From NCBI GenBank assembly GCA_964519305.1, contig CAZFHY010000009.1, forward strand, positions 1 to 64,000: DNA of 64,000 bases. The letters run 5' to 3'. The position numbers and the translations under genes were made by a program. The DNA comes from Candidatus Undinarchaeota archaeon. Its GTDB lineage: Archaea > SpSt-1190 > JASMDC01. Of this stretch, positions 1 through 12,500 are shown one piece after another. The notes beneath the pieces were generated by a model that saw only the letters and a program-made list of their open reading frames with translations, was not told where the DNA came from and did no database searches. How positions within the stretch are numbered: the stretch's first letter is position 1; every line of letters starts with the position of its first letter.

Positions 1-1773
1 ACGCTCGCGAACGACCAGATATCGGGCGATAAGGTCAGCGGAGGAACTATCGGGACCGTTACGATCTCACAGCTCGCGGGGGCCCTCAACGCCAACAACC
101 AGGACATCACGAACGTCGACATCGACAGCGGCACCATCGACGGTGCCACTATCGCCACGTCCGACATCACCGTCGGATCTGGGAAGACGCTGGACGTCTC
201 TGCAGGCACCTTCACGCTCGCGAACGACCAGATATCGGGCGATAAGGTCAGCGGAGGGACCATAGGCAGCGTGACCTCAATAACGTCAACAACGGTCCTT
301 GGTACGACGTTCGATACCAACGTGGCTGCGGCTGGTGTGACCCTGACCGGTACCACCCTCGCTGCGGACGGGAGCGATACCAACATCAACATCGCCATCA
401 CACCAAAGGGATCCGGAGAGGTCGATATCACCAAGGTCGACATAGATGCCGGTACCATCAACGGTGCCACGATAGCCGCATCCGACATCACCGTAGGCCC
501 CGGAAAGACGCTGGACGTCTCGGCGGGAACCCTCACGCTAACAAATGACCAGATATCAGGCGACAAGGTCAGCGGAGGCACCATCGGCGGCGTGACCGCT
601 ATCTACGCCACTACGTTCGACACCAACGTGGCTGCGGCTGGTGTGACCCTTACCGGTGCGACACTCGCAGCGGACGGGAGCGATACCAACATCAACATCG
701 CCATCACACCGAAAGGCTCCGGTGAGGTCGATATCACAAAAGTGGACATCGACGCCGGTACCATCGACGGTGCCACGATAGCCGCATCCGACATCACCGT
801 AGGCTCCGGAAAGACGCTGGACGTCTCGGCGGGCACCCTCACGCTCGCGAACGACCAGATATCAGGCGACAAGGTCAGCGGAGGCACCATCGGCGCCGTT
901 ACCATCGGACAGCTCTCGGGCGCCCTCAACGCCAACAGCCAGGCCATCACGAACGTAAACATAGACAGCGGAAACATCGACGGCGCCACGATAGCCACAT
1001 CCGACATCACCGTAGGCGCCGGGAAAACGCTGGACGTCTCGGCGGGCACCCTCACTCTTGCGAACGACCAGATATCAGGCGACAAGGTCCAAGGTGGCAC
1101 CATAGCCTCGACCACTATCACTACCCTCAGCTCCGATAGCGTCGATAGAGGTGCTGCGGGCACGCTTGCGCTCGGAGGGTCCACCGCGACCGCTGTCGAC
1201 ATCTCGAAGGCGAGTGTCATGACAACAGTAAAGGGCACCCTGAACGTCGACCAGGCTGTCACCTTCGACAACTCTCTCGTTGTGAACGGCACTGTCACTC
1301 TCGGGGACGCAGACGGTGATAGTACGATAGTGGAAGGGACACTGACCACTGGACACTCCTCGGCAAAGTTACAGGTCACGCCTTACGTCCAGATCAACAA
1401 CGGCTTGGCCGCGGTCGGTAGCGTCACTCTGGGGAATGATGACAATGATGTTGCTACAGTGGAAGGGAAACTGGATTCTGGACATAGCTCAGGATTATTA
1501 CAGATCAACGATGGGGTCACAATCAGCGAGACCCTCGGTGTGACCGGTGTCACGACGACAACCGGTGGCTTGAAGATGAAACGCCTTTCGGGCAGCATCA
1601 CAGATGGCGTACCCACGGATGCAGAGATAGATGCCATTACCGCCAGCACTCCTTCCGGTGTCGGAGCTGGATGGATCGCACAGATCACCGACAGCGACGG
1701 TGGTGCGACGGAGTTCATCGTCTGGTCCGACGGGACCAACTGGTGGTACGAGGAAGGGACGAAGGCGCTCTAG
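1..1773 (+). CDS. 5'-truncated repetitive fibre/adhesin protein with phage-tail-fibre-like repeats
   Basis: Frame is open from base 1 (TLANDQISGDKVSGGTIG...), so the gene starts before the window. Repeats DIDAGTIDGATIAASDITVGSGKTLDVSAGTLTLANDQISGDKVSGGTI and TTFDTNVAAAGVTLTGTTLAADGSDTNINIAITPKGSGEVDI. C-terminal SDGTNWWY motif. Confidence 0.75.
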   Translation, partial: TLANDQISGDKVSGGTIGTVTISQLAGALNANNQDITNVDIDSGTIDGATIATSDITVGSGKTLDVSAGTFTLANDQISGDKVSGGTIGSVTSITSTTVLGTTFDTNVAAAGVTLTGTTLAADGSDTNINIAITPKGSGEVDITKVDIDAGTINGATIAASDITVGPGKTLDVSAGTLTLTNDQISGDKVSGGTIGGVTAIYATTFDTNVAAAGVTLTGATLAADGSDTNINIAITPKGSGEVDITKVDIDAGTIDGATIAASDITVGSGKTLDVSAGTLTLANDQISGDKVSGGTIGAVTIGQLSGALNANSQAITNVNIDSGNIDGATIATSDITVGAGKTLDVSAGTLTLANDQISGDKVQGGTIASTTITTLSSDSVDRGAAGTLALGGSTATAVDISKASVMTTVKGTLNVDQAVTFDNSLVVNGTVTLGDADGDSTIVEGTLTTGHSSAKLQVTPYVQINNGLAAVGSVTLGNDDNDVATVEGKLDSGHSSGLLQINDGVTISETLGVTGVTTTTGGLKMKRLSGSITDGVPTDAEIDAITASTPSGVGAGWIAQITDSDGGATEFIVWSDGTNWWYEEGTKAL

Positions 1774-1793
1774 GAACACAGTGAGGTATTACT

Positions 1794-4700
1794 ATGCGCG
1801 TTGACGGAAGCAGAACGGGTGGAGGTGACCGCGTGAGCTCGCACTCTCGGCAGGTCCTCCCCGTCCTCTTCCTGGTCATCGCCATGGTCATGTACCTGTC
1901 GCTCGCGGCGACCGAGTCCACCACCTTCGTCATCTATGATGACGAGATGGTGATGAACGTCGGCTCGGGCGAGACCGCGTCCTACCACCTGGACCTCGGC
2001 GGAGGTACACCGGTCTTCACTACGGACACCTACGAGAGCTGGGACTGGGACCAGGACGTCTGGTACAGGGTCGACGTGTGGGATGAGATCAACAAGACGC
2101 TCAAGGGCGCCACGGTCAGCACCGGTGACGGTTTCGGGACGACGTGCGCCGAACCTACCGTCCCCAACGGCACCTACTACTGCGCCCTCCCGTTCAACCA
2201 CGATCCCTCGGACGTCAAGGTGGAGCTCGAGGGGTTCGTCACCAAGGTCTACGATGACGCCCTCGTGTACAAGAACGTCCCCCCACCCTACAACGCCACC
2301 CTGGTGCGGTATACCATGAAGGTAGTCGCCCACGACGAGCTCAATTACACGTTCCTGCTTGACGGCACATCGGCCAACGGTAAGGTGACGGCCTCCTCCA
2401 GCGCGACCATCAACTACGTGAACGGCGTCGCCTACGTCGCCACCATGGTCGCCAACACGTTCACGGTGGAGCGGACGGGCTACCTCACTACAACATCGGC
2501 CAGCGCCTCGCCCCTCTCCAAGACCGAGCAGGTCGTGGTCACCTTCGGCACGAACGGCACCACCTGTACGACCAACGCGTCCCTTCGCTGCGACCAGGCC
2601 GTCAAGTACACGTTCAAGGTGTCGTTCTACGGGTGCAGGCGTAGTCCCCAGGCCGGTTCCAACGTCACCGTCGTCAATGGGACTACGCTGTACGCCAATG
2701 GTGTGAACGATGACGGGACCGCCCATTACTACATCCCGGTCGATCCCTCTCTAGATGATGATCACCCGCTGGACGTCAAGTTCGACGGCTACCAGTTCGT
2801 TAGGCACCTCGGCAATGCCACGGTGAACAGCACCACCCAGCACACGATGGAGTACGACTTCGATGATATGTGGGGCGGGTGCGGCAGCGGTGCCCCCGAC
2901 TCAGGCTCGTCATCGTCGACCACCTCGGGTGGGACGACCAGTGGCGGCGCTGTTGGCGACGCCGGAGGAGGGGGTGGCGCAGGCGCCCTTACCGACACCT
3001 TCGAGGTCACATGCCCCGCTGTCACCGTCATGGCCGGCGGGCGTGTAGGTGCCACCTGCACGTTCCGGCAGCTCGAGGGGTCCACTCCTTACCTCGACGG
3101 CACCACGGAGGGTGAGGGCGATATCATCGTGGAGCCCTCCACGTTCTCTGTGGACCGGCTCTATTACTACGATCCCGACCTCGGTGATTACACCAACGTG
3201 CGCGAGGTGGCGCTAAACGTCTCGGCCGAGGGTCTTGACAGATGTACGGATTCCATCGCTTCCGTCATCGTCAACGCGTCCCTCGATACGCGGTCCGGAG
3301 AGCTCTTCAACGACACCGTCCTCCCGGTAACCGTGATGTCCCATGACGAGTGCCACGTGTGCGGGGATGGTGCGTGCACCGGACGCGAGACCGTGCACGC
3401 ATGCCCCGAGGACTGCATGGTCTGCGGGGACGACACCTGCTCTGCTGGTGAGGATCTGACCTCATGCCCGGAAGACTGTACGGTCTGTGGCGACGGTACA
3501 TGTTCGACGGGGGAGAACGTGACGGCCTGCCCTGGCGACTGCACCGCCTGCGGCGACGGACAATGCTCACCTGGCGAGGATGTCGATAAGTGTGCAGATG
3601 ACTGCACTCAGTGCGGCGACGGACTGTGTACCGGCGATGAGACGCTGGAGACCTGCTCTGGCGACTGTGCCAAGTGCGGTGACGGTACCTGCACCGGGCG
3701 CGAGAGCGTGGAAGGATGCCCCGACGACTGTGCCGAGTGCGGCGATGCCAAGTGCACGGGGAGCGAGGACGTGACGAGTTGCCCCGGCGACTGCACACAG
3801 TGCGGCGACGGTGTGTGCACCGGTGACGAGACCCTGGCTTCGTGCCCGGCCGATTGCGCTACCTGCGGTGACGGTAGCTGCGACGGTGGCGAGGACGTAT
3901 CAACGTGTGCTGAGGACTGCGCTACCTGCGGCGACGGGACGTGCTCGCCCGGCGAGAGCGAGGCCACGTGCTGCATGGACTGCGGCTGTCCGGATGGTAT
4001 GGCTTGCGATGCGGCGGTGGCCGGGTGCGTGCAGTTAGCGGCATGCGGGGATGGCACATGCGACAAGGGCGAGGATGCCATGTCGTGCCCCGGCGACTGC
4101 ACACAGTGCGGCGACGACCTGTGCACAGGCGACGAGACGACCGATACATGCTGCGGCGACTGTGGCTGCACAGACGGCGAGGCGTGCGATGCGGACCTCG
4201 GCGTGTGCCGGATAGTGGACGTATGTGGTGACGGAACGTGCGGTATCGATGAGACCGGGGAATCCTGTCCCGATGACTGTGCTGCATGCGGCGATGGTAT
4301 CTGTTCAGCAGGTGAGGACCAGGTCAACTGCTGCGCTGACTGTGCGTGCGCGACCGGGGAGTGCAACGTCCTGCTAGGACGATGCGAGGAGCCGTCAGTG
4401 TGCGGCGACGGGGTGTGCGACGCCGGCGAGGCGCTCACGTGCGCGGACGATTGTGTATCATGTGGGGATGGGACGTGCAGCGATGGCGAGGACTGCTGCA
4501 CCGATTGCGGGTGCGGTGACGAGAAGACGTGCGACGCCATCACCCTCCGCTGCGTCACCGTGGAAAAGGAGAAGACCATCTCCTTCAGGCACGAAGCGGT
4601 CCCTGACACTGGGACAGGAACTGGGACCGGTACAGGCGAAGGGACCGGGATGGAACAAGTGACCGAGGACGAGAAGGAGATAGCGGAGGTCAGGCAGTCG

Positions 4701-6404
4701 GTCGCTGACGTGGCCGCGCTCGTCACCAGGTCAAGGGCGGCCCAGTCCGGCAGTGGAACGGGGGGCGCTGTGTCCACCGTCCAGGTCAAGGCCATGGTCG
4801 AGCGGTCCGTGGAAGCCACACGGGAGGTGGACGTCGGGCGCGAGGTCATCGTGAGAGATACGTCCGATGGCGAAAGATCCACTGTCAGCGTCGTCGTCAG
4901 GAACGACGGGAATACACCGCGACGGAACGTACGCGTCGTCGAGACAATACCAAAGGACGTGGCCGGAAGCGCAGGCCAGCTCGCGTTCGATCCGCCGCCG
5001 GACTTCGTGCTCAAGGACGATCCCATCGTCGGATGGAACGTCGACCTGCTACCGGGGGAGGAGGTCACGTTCACCTATACCGTTGCCCAGGACATAAGCG
5101 ACGTCGTCACGTACCAGCGGCCGGTCGTCATCGTAGAAGAGGTGGAGGAAGAGCCGCCGGTGCCTGCGTGCGGTGACGGGACGTGCGAGGCGGGAGAGGA
5201 CTGCTCGTCATGCCCTGGCGACTGCACATGCCCGGTCGAACCGGTGTGCGGTGACGGATCATGCGAGGCGGGAGAATCCAAAGGAACATGTTGCGACGAT
5301 TGTGGATGCCCCGACGGTGAGGCGTGCAGCGACGGGGCTTGTGCGCCGGTCGAGACCGCGGCCGCCGGGACACCGACGTCGCTCATAATGGGCGCGGTCC
5401 TCGCCATCATCGTCGCTACTGCGATGGTCGCCGTCGTCACCATGCGAAAGCGCGGGACCGTCGAGGTCGTCGAGGAGCTGTCCATCGCACAGCCGGTGTT
5501 CATCGCAAAGCCCGTGGTACCACACGAGGCGATAGAGCGGGCCGTGGCCGTCTCTGCTGTTCTGGCCGCGCCACATCCTCGGGGCCTGAGGGAAGAGGTG
5601 CTCGAGCCTCTTGCACCTCACACGGCCATCGCTGCCTCGGTGGCGACAGCGGCGGTCAAGGTCGAAGCTCCCTTTTCCACACCTTTCGAAGGGCTCGATG
5701 TACCTGAGGCCGATGAGGACGAGGTGCCCATGGTCCCCGGCCATCGACCCCGTATTCGCAGGATCGATGAGCTCACACCCGAGGCCGCGGCCGAGGTCGC
5801 ACATGGGCTTCCTGCCCCGGACATTTTCCACAACATCGCATCCAAGGTACGCCAGCTCCGTGCGGACGCGCTCCATGTCGCCATGAGTGAGCGGCCAGAT
5901 ACCACGGGCATGGAAGAGGAGGTCGCCTGGTGCTCATCCTTCCTCAGGACGTACTCCCTCGTCGACCGTGAATGGCTCCTTAGTATCCTCCGGATGGCAG
6001 GTGTCACCGAAGATGTAGTCGAGGAGTCGGAGCGGCGTCTGACGGGAGTGCCTTCAAAGAAGAAGGAACGTGGTCTCGGGACCGCGGCCGCCGAGGTGAT
6101 GACCGAGGAGGAGGAGCCGTTCATGCCCGAGGAGGACGTGCTCAAGCAGCTCGTCGACCACATGGACCTCAGGGCAGAGGCCCTCCACGACGCCATGCAC
6201 TCTGACCTCTCCCTCGACACTCCGTACGAGGAACGTATCAAGTGGATCGTGTTGTTCCTGGAACGCTACAGTACAGTCGAGATGGACTGGCTCCGCTACC
6301 TGCTGACGATGGCGGGCGTGGACGCGGAGGAGGTCGAAGAGGCGCTGGACCGTCGGTCGGTGGACGATGAGGGCGAGGACGGCGGTGCCATCGTTGCCCG
6401 ATGA
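1794..6404 (+). CDS. Large membrane-anchored Cys-rich surface protein (short paralogue)
   Basis: Hydrophobic signal (VLPVLFLVIAMVMYLSLAA), Ig-like beta domains, Ser/Gly linker, many CGDGxC...CPxDC repeats, TM helix (LIMGAVLAIIVATAMVAVV-MRKR), two cytoplasmic helical repeats. Alternative GTG start at 1833 after GGAGGTGA. Confidence 0.85.
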   Translation: MRVDGSRTGGGDRVSSHSRQVLPVLFLVIAMVMYLSLAATESTTFVIYDDEMVMNVGSGETASYHLDLGGGTPVFTTDTYESWDWDQDVWYRVDVWDEINKTLKGATVSTGDGFGTTCAEPTVPNGTYYCALPFNHDPSDVKVELEGFVTKVYDDALVYKNVPPPYNATLVRYTMKVVAHDELNYTFLLDGTSANGKVTASSSATINYVNGVAYVATMVANTFTVERTGYLTTTSASASPLSKTEQVVVTFGTNGTTCTTNASLRCDQAVKYTFKVSFYGCRRSPQAGSNVTVVNGTTLYANGVNDDGTAHYYIPVDPSLDDDHPLDVKFDGYQFVRHLGNATVNSTTQHTMEYDFDDMWGGCGSGAPDSGSSSSTTSGGTTSGGAVGDAGGGGGAGALTDTFEVTCPAVTVMAGGRVGATCTFRQLEGSTPYLDGTTEGEGDIIVEPSTFSVDRLYYYDPDLGDYTNVREVALNVSAEGLDRCTDSIASVIVNASLDTRSGELFNDTVLPVTVMSHDECHVCGDGACTGRETVHACPEDCMVCGDDTCSAGEDLTSCPEDCTVCGDGTCSTGENVTACPGDCTACGDGQCSPGEDVDKCADDCTQCGDGLCTGDETLETCSGDCAKCGDGTCTGRESVEGCPDDCAECGDAKCTGSEDVTSCPGDCTQCGDGVCTGDETLASCPADCATCGDGSCDGGEDVSTCAEDCATCGDGTCSPGESEATCCMDCGCPDGMACDAAVAGCVQLAACGDGTCDKGEDAMSCPGDCTQCGDDLCTGDETTDTCCGDCGCTDGEACDADLGVCRIVDVCGDGTCGIDETGESCPDDCAACGDGICSAGEDQVNCCADCACATGECNVLLGRCEEPSVCGDGVCDAGEALTCADDCVSCGDGTCSDGEDCCTDCGCGDEKTCDAITLRCVTVEKEKTISFRHEAVPDTGTGTGTGTGEGTGMEQVTEDEKEIAEVRQSVADVAALVTRSRAAQSGSGTGGAVSTVQVKAMVERSVEATREVDVGREVIVRDTSDGERSTVSVVVRNDGNTPRRNVRVVETIPKDVAGSAGQLAFDPPPDFVLKDDPIVGWNVDLLPGEEVTFTYTVAQDISDVVTYQRPVVIVEEVEEEPPVPACGDGTCEAGEDCSSCPGDCTCPVEPVCGDGSCEAGESKGTCCDDCGCPDGEACSDGACAPVETAAAGTPTSLIMGAVLAIIVATAMVAVVTMRKRGTVEVVEELSIAQPVFIAKPVVPHEAIERAVAVSAVLAAPHPRGLREEVLEPLAPHTAIAASVATAAVKVEAPFSTPFEGLDVPEADEDEVPMVPGHRPRIRRIDELTPEAAAEVAHGLPAPDIFHNIASKVRQLRADALHVAMSERPDTTGMEEEVAWCSSFLRTYSLVDREWLLSILRMAGVTEDVVEESERRLTGVPSKKKERGLGTAAAEVMTEEEEPFMPEEDVLKQLVDHMDLRAEALHDAMHSDLSLDTPYEERIKWIVLFLERYSTVEMDWLRYLLTMAGVDAEEVEEALDRRSVDDEGEDGGAIVAR
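4284..5275 (+). repeat. Copy 1 of an apparently identical ~992-bp direct repeat
   Basis: Matches 15479..16470 at offset 11195. Identical shadow ORFs at 4453/15648 and 4867/16062 confirm the offset. Confidence 0.88.
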
Positions 6405-6538
6405 GGGACAATAACCGGGAAAAACCGGTATTCGTGCGTTTTCGTCACCTAAATAAACCATCAAAACCAGAAATACTACTAGCAGTTAGAGGAAGGTTTG
6501 TCCCGATGGACCTTCCTCTCAGCATGAGGCACGACACG

Positions 6539-9500
6539 ATGGCGGCCGACGGACGTACAGGAGGACGGACAACAGTCCTGGCACTCGTACTCCTCTTAGT
6601 CCTTGCAGCAGGCGCCAGCGGCGATGTGAAGGTGACGGTCACAACGGAGCTGAGCGCTGCCCTTCAAGGTGCCACAGTGGAGGTGAAGTGCCAGAACCTC
6701 GGAGCGGCGTACGCCGAGCTTACCGGTGACCCTGAGACCGACGGATCCGGTATCGTCCAGGCACAGCCTAAAGCGGCCTCGATCTGCGATTCAGGCACCC
6801 GGATCGACATACGAGTGACCAAGGACGGCTATGTTCTCAAGGAGGTCATCAGTGACGGGACCAACCGCTGGTTCGATGACCAGTTGAACACGTTCACCAT
6901 GTCCAGCATCCAGTATGCGTACACGGTCACTGCCATCGCTGTAGAGGGGCCAGGTTCGTCAATCCTCACAACACTGGACTCGCTATCCGCTGGCGATGAG
7001 TCAGGAAGGGATACCTGCACGCTCAGTGGTTCCACCTGGTACTGTCCCGTCACTCTCACCAACTCCAACGGCGCTCTAGTGGCCCGGCCTGTCAAGGACG
7101 GATATGTCGAGGAGAGCATCACCCTCACTGGCGCGTCGACCAGGAGCGCGCACACGGACGCGCAGCGCTCGGGAACGGTTTCGGGAGTGAAGTACGCCTA
7201 CAAGATCACCAGCGTTGCTGCCGAAGGACCAGGGACGAGCCTCACGGGCTCGCTCTCGTCCCTTTCCGTGGGCGACGCATCAGGGACGGACGGCTGTACC
7301 CTCAACAGCGGCACATGGTACTGTCCGACCACTCTCACTCACAGCGACCAGACCATCATCGCCTCGCCCGCCAAGGACGGATTCGTCCAGGAGTCGTACA
7401 CGGTGACTGGAGGGACCACGCGCGGGTCCAACTCGGCCTCACAGGTGACCGGGACGGTGACCGGTGTGAAGTACGCCTACAAGATCACCGGTATCACTGC
7501 CGAGGGGCCCGGGACCACGCTCACCACCACCCTATCCTCGCTAACGGTGGGCGACGATACAGCTCAAACGAGTTGCACACTGAGCGGCTCGGTCTGGTAC
7601 TGTCCCGTCATCCTCGCCAACTCCAACGATGACATGGTGGCCACACCGGCCAAGAACGGGTACGTACAGAAGGACTACGCACTGGGCACTCCGACGAACC
7701 GCGGCTCCAACGCCGCCTCACAGGTGTCCTCGACCGTCAGCAGCGTCCAGTTCGCATACAAGATCACCTCGGTCACCACCCAAGTGCTCGCATCGTCCCT
7801 CGCCACCACGCTCTCCACCCTGACAGTGGGTGATGATACAGCAAAGACCACCTGCACGATCAGCGGCTCGATCTGGTACTGCCCCGTCATCCTCGACAAC
7901 AGCGATGACACGATGGTGGCCGTCCCCACACTCGATGGCTACGTGCAGAAGGACTATGGCCTGGGCACACCGACGAACAGGGGGGCCAACACCGCGTCAC
8001 AGGTCTCATCGGCCCTCACCAATATCGAGTACGCCTACAAGATCACCGGGATCGCTACGGAGGGGCCAGGGAACGCTATCGTGACTTCCGTGTCGACGCT
8101 ATCGGTGGGCGACGATACCGGCCAGAATTCCTGCACAAGGAGCGGTTCCACCTGGTACTGCCCGACAACTATCGCTAACTCCAATGGTGACCTTGTGGCC
8201 GTCCCGACCCTCGATGGCTACGTGCAGAAGTCGTACGATCTCGGGACGCAGACCAACCGCGGCTCAAACACGGCCTCACAGGTCTCGTCCACGGTCTCGG
8301 GCATCCAGTTCGCATACAAGATCACCGGTGTCGCCTCCGAGGGGCCGGCCAACGACCTCACAGGCACACTCTCGTCGCTCACCATGGGCGATGCCACCGG
8401 CGAGGACACGTGTGAGCTCAACGGGGGTGCGTGGTACTGTCCGGTACGGCTGACGTACAGCGACCAGACGCTGGTCGCCACGCCCACAAAGGACGGGTAC
8501 GTACAGAAGGACTACAGCCTAGGTACCCAGACAAACCGCGGAGCGCACACCACAGGACAGGTCTCGTCCACCGTCAGCGGCCTACAGTTCGCCTACAGGA
8601 TCACGTCCGTCGCCACAGAGGGGCCGGGCAACGCGCTCACAACATCACTCTCCGCCCTCACCATGGGCGACGCCACGGCCGAGAACACGTGCCAGCTCCA
8701 CAGCAGCGTCTGGTACTGCCCCGTCGTGCTCGCTAACAGCAACCAGGCGCTGGTCGCCACGCCCACAAAGGACGGGTACGTCGAGAAGGACTACTCGCTT
8801 GCCGCACAGACGAACCGCGGTTCACACTCTACGTCCCAGGTATCGTCCGCCGTCAACGGGATACAGTTCGCCTACAAGATCACCGGTGTTGTCAGTGAGG
8901 GGCCGGCCAACGACCTCACCGGAACGCTCTCCTCGCTCACCATGGGGGACGCTACCGGCGAGGACACGTGCGAGCTTAACGGCGGTGCGTGGTACTGCCC
9001 GGTAAGGCTGACGTACAGCGACCAGACGCTGGTCGCAACACCGACAAAGGACGGATATGTCGAGAAGGACTACAATCTGGGCACCCAGACCAACCGTGGT
9101 GCACATACAACCGGACAGGTCTCATCCACCGTGTCAGGGATCCAGTTCGGATACAAGATCACCGGGGTCACCAGCGAGGGACCCGGCACCGACCTGACCG
9201 GCACCCTCTCTGCTCTCACCATGGGGGACGCCACCGGTGAGGACACATGTCAGCTCAACGGCGGGGCCTGGTACTGTCCGGTAAGGCTCACCTACAGCGA
9301 CCAGACGCTTGTGTCGACGCCTACCAAGGACGGATATGTCGAGAAGGATTACAATCTGGGCACCCAGACAAACCGCGGGGCGCACACCACCGGACAGGTC
9401 TCGTCCACCGTCTCGGGCGTCCAGTTCGCATACAAGATCACAGGTGTAACGTCGGAAGGGCCCGGCAACGACCTGACCGGCACCCTTTCCTCGCTCACCA

Positions 9501-12500
9501 TGGGCGATGCCACCGGCGAGGACACGTGCACGCTCAACGGCGGTGCGTGGTACTGTCCAGTACGGCTGACGTACAGCGACCAGACGCTGGTCGCCACGCC
9601 CACGAAGGACGGGTACGTACAGAAGGACTACAACCTAGGTACCCAGACCAACCGCGGGGCGCACACCACAGGACAGGTCTCGTCCACCGTCTCGGGGATC
9701 CAGTTCGGTTACAAGGTCACCGGTGTCACAACCGAGACCCTGGGCACGGCACTCACCGGCTCGCTATCATCGCTCACCGTGGGCGACGCGTCCGGCCAGG
9801 ACACGTGCCAGCTCAATGGAGGCGTATGGTACTGCCCCGTCCGCGTGTCCTACAGCGACCAGACGCTCGTGGGCACACCGACGCTCGACGGGTACGTGCG
9901 CAAGAGCACCTACGCCCTGACCGCGGGCACGAAGCGTACCGGGCAGGACAGCGCGCAGGTGAGCGACACCATCGCCGGCATCCAGTATGGTTACAAGGTC
10001 ACTGGCATCACCAGCGAGGGACCCGCCAATACCCTCACTACATCGGTCACCGCCCTCACCGTGGGCGACGACACCGGACAGACCACCTGCACCCGTAGCG
10101 GCTCTACCTGGTTCTGCCCCGTCGTCCTCGCCAACTCGAACGGCGCCTTGGTGGGCACACCGACGCTCAACGGATACGTCAAGAAGTCATATGGCCTCAC
10201 TGCTGCCACCGTTCGTGGCTCGGACGACGCTGTACAGGTGTCCGACACCATCGGGAGCGTGCAGTTCGGCTACAAGGTCACTGGTGTCGCCAGCGAGGGG
10301 CCAGCAACGGACCTCACCGGCTTGCTCTCCTCGCTCACCCTTGGCGACGCGACCGGCAAGACCGCATGTCAGCTCAGCGGGGGCGCATGGTACTGCCCCG
10401 TCGTTACCACGAACAGCGACCAGACACCACTGGCAGTACTGCCTACCAAGGACGGCTATGTCCAGAAGGACTATACTATAGGTACCCAGACCGCCAGGTC
10501 CGCTGACACTGCCGCCCAGGTCTCCACAACGGTGTCCGGTGTACAGTTCGGCTACAAGATCACCGGTGTCACCAGCGAAGGACCGGCCAACGACCTGACC
10601 GGAACGCTATCATCGCTCACTGTCGGCGATGCCACAGGCCAGACCGCCTGCATCCTCAACGGTGGCGCATGGTACTGTCCCGTCGTGACCGCGAACAGCG
10701 ACCAGACGCTGGTGGGCACACCGACGAAGGACGGGTACGTACGCAAGACCACGTACGCCCTTACAGCGGGCACGACCCGAGGTGCGCACACCGCCGCACA
10801 GGTCGCCGACACGATCTCCGGTATGCAGTTCGCCTACAAGGTCACCGGTATCACCAGCGAGGGGCCCGGCAACACGCTCACCACATCGGCCACCGCACTC
10901 ACCGTGGGCGATGCCACCGGACAGGACGCATGCCAGCTCAACGGCGGTGCCTGGTACTGCCCCGTGGTCCTTGCGAACAGCGACCAGACGCTGGTGGGCA
11001 CACCGACCCGGGACGGGTACTACCAGCAGTCATATTCCCTCACGGCAGGGACCACCCGCGGCTCGCACGATACTGCACAGGTGAGCGATACCATCGCCGG
11101 TGTCAAGTTCGCCTATAAGGTGACGTCCGTAGCCACCGAGGGGCCTGCCAACGCCCTCACCGGAACGCTCTCATCGCTCTCCGTAGGTGACGCGACCGGA
11201 CAGGACTCATGCCAGCTCAACGGGGGCGCGTGGTACTGCCCCGTGGCCCTTGCGAACAGCGACCAGACGCTCGTGGCCACGCCCACTCTCGACGGCTACG
11301 TCGGAACATCGTACGGTCTCACCGCGGGCACGAACAGAGGCGCCCACACTACCGCCCAGGTCGCCGATACTGTTACCGGTGTGAAGTTCGGTTACAAGAT
11401 CACCAGCATCGCCAGCGAAGGGCCGGCCAACGACCTGACCGGAACGGTCTCATCGCTCACAGTGGGCGATGCCTCGGGCCAGACCGCATGCCAGCTCAAC
11501 GGGGGTGCATGGTACTGTCCCGTGGTGCTCGCGCACAGTGACCAGACGCTCGTCGCCACTCCCACCAAGGACGGGTACGTGCGCAAGGCCACGTACGCGC
11601 TCACGGCCGGCACCACACGCGGTACGAACTCCGCGGCCCAGGTCGCCGATACGGTCACCGGGATACAGTTCGCTTACAAGGTCACCGGCGTCACCACCGA
11701 GGGACCCGCCAGCGACCTCACCGGCTCGCTCACATCGCTCACGGTCGGTGATGATACGGGACAGAACGCATGCCAGCTCAATGGCGGTGCCTGGTACTGC
11801 CCCGTGGTCCTCGCCAACGCCAACGGGGCTCTCGTGGCCACGCCCACAAAGGACGGGTACGTCCAGGGCACCTACGGCCTCACCGCGGCCACCACGCGCG
11901 GCTCCCACGATGCTTCGCAGGTCGCTGACACCGTCGCAGGGTTACAGTTCGCATACAAGGTCACCGGGATCACTACCGAGGGACCGGGCGCCGACCTCAC
12001 GTCCTCAGTCACAGGTCTGAGCGTGGGCGACGACACCGGGAAGGACGCCTGCACACTCCACTCGGGCGCATGGTACTGTCCGGTCGTGCTCGCCAACTCC
12101 AACAGCGCGCTCAAGGCCCGACCGGTCAAGGACGGGTACGTCGAGGAGGACCACACGCTCACCGGCGCGTCGACCAGGGGCGCTCACGCGACCGCGCGCT
12201 CCACCGGTACGGTCGCTGGTGTCCGGTTCTCCTACACGGTACAGGTCGAGGACGAGCGCACGACCGCGGGCTCCGTGACGGTCGCCACCGTCACCGCCGG
12301 GGCCAGCGATGTGGGCTGCACGTTCAACGTGGACAGGTACTATTGCCCGATCGTTCTGGCCGATGACACGGGAACCGATGCGGACGCCGACGCTGCGAAG
12401 TCCGGGTACGTCACCACGCACTGGGACGCGGCACTGGGCGCCGGTCGCTCACAGCACACCGACGCTCCGCTCGCGGTCACCGTCACCGATATGCCATTCG

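Noticed and set aside
1-1773. Prophage
   Set aside because: No capsid, terminase, portal or integrase in the window. Neighbours are cellular surface genes. The upstream side is not visible.
6401-6538. N-terminal part of the 3711-aa ORF
   Set aside because: AT-rich, promoter-like sequence lying before the signal peptide; probably intergenic.
6915-12235. Regular repeats as a CRISPR array
   Set aside because: The period is 279 bp, in frame and protein-coding with synonymous variation. There are no unique spacers or cas genes.
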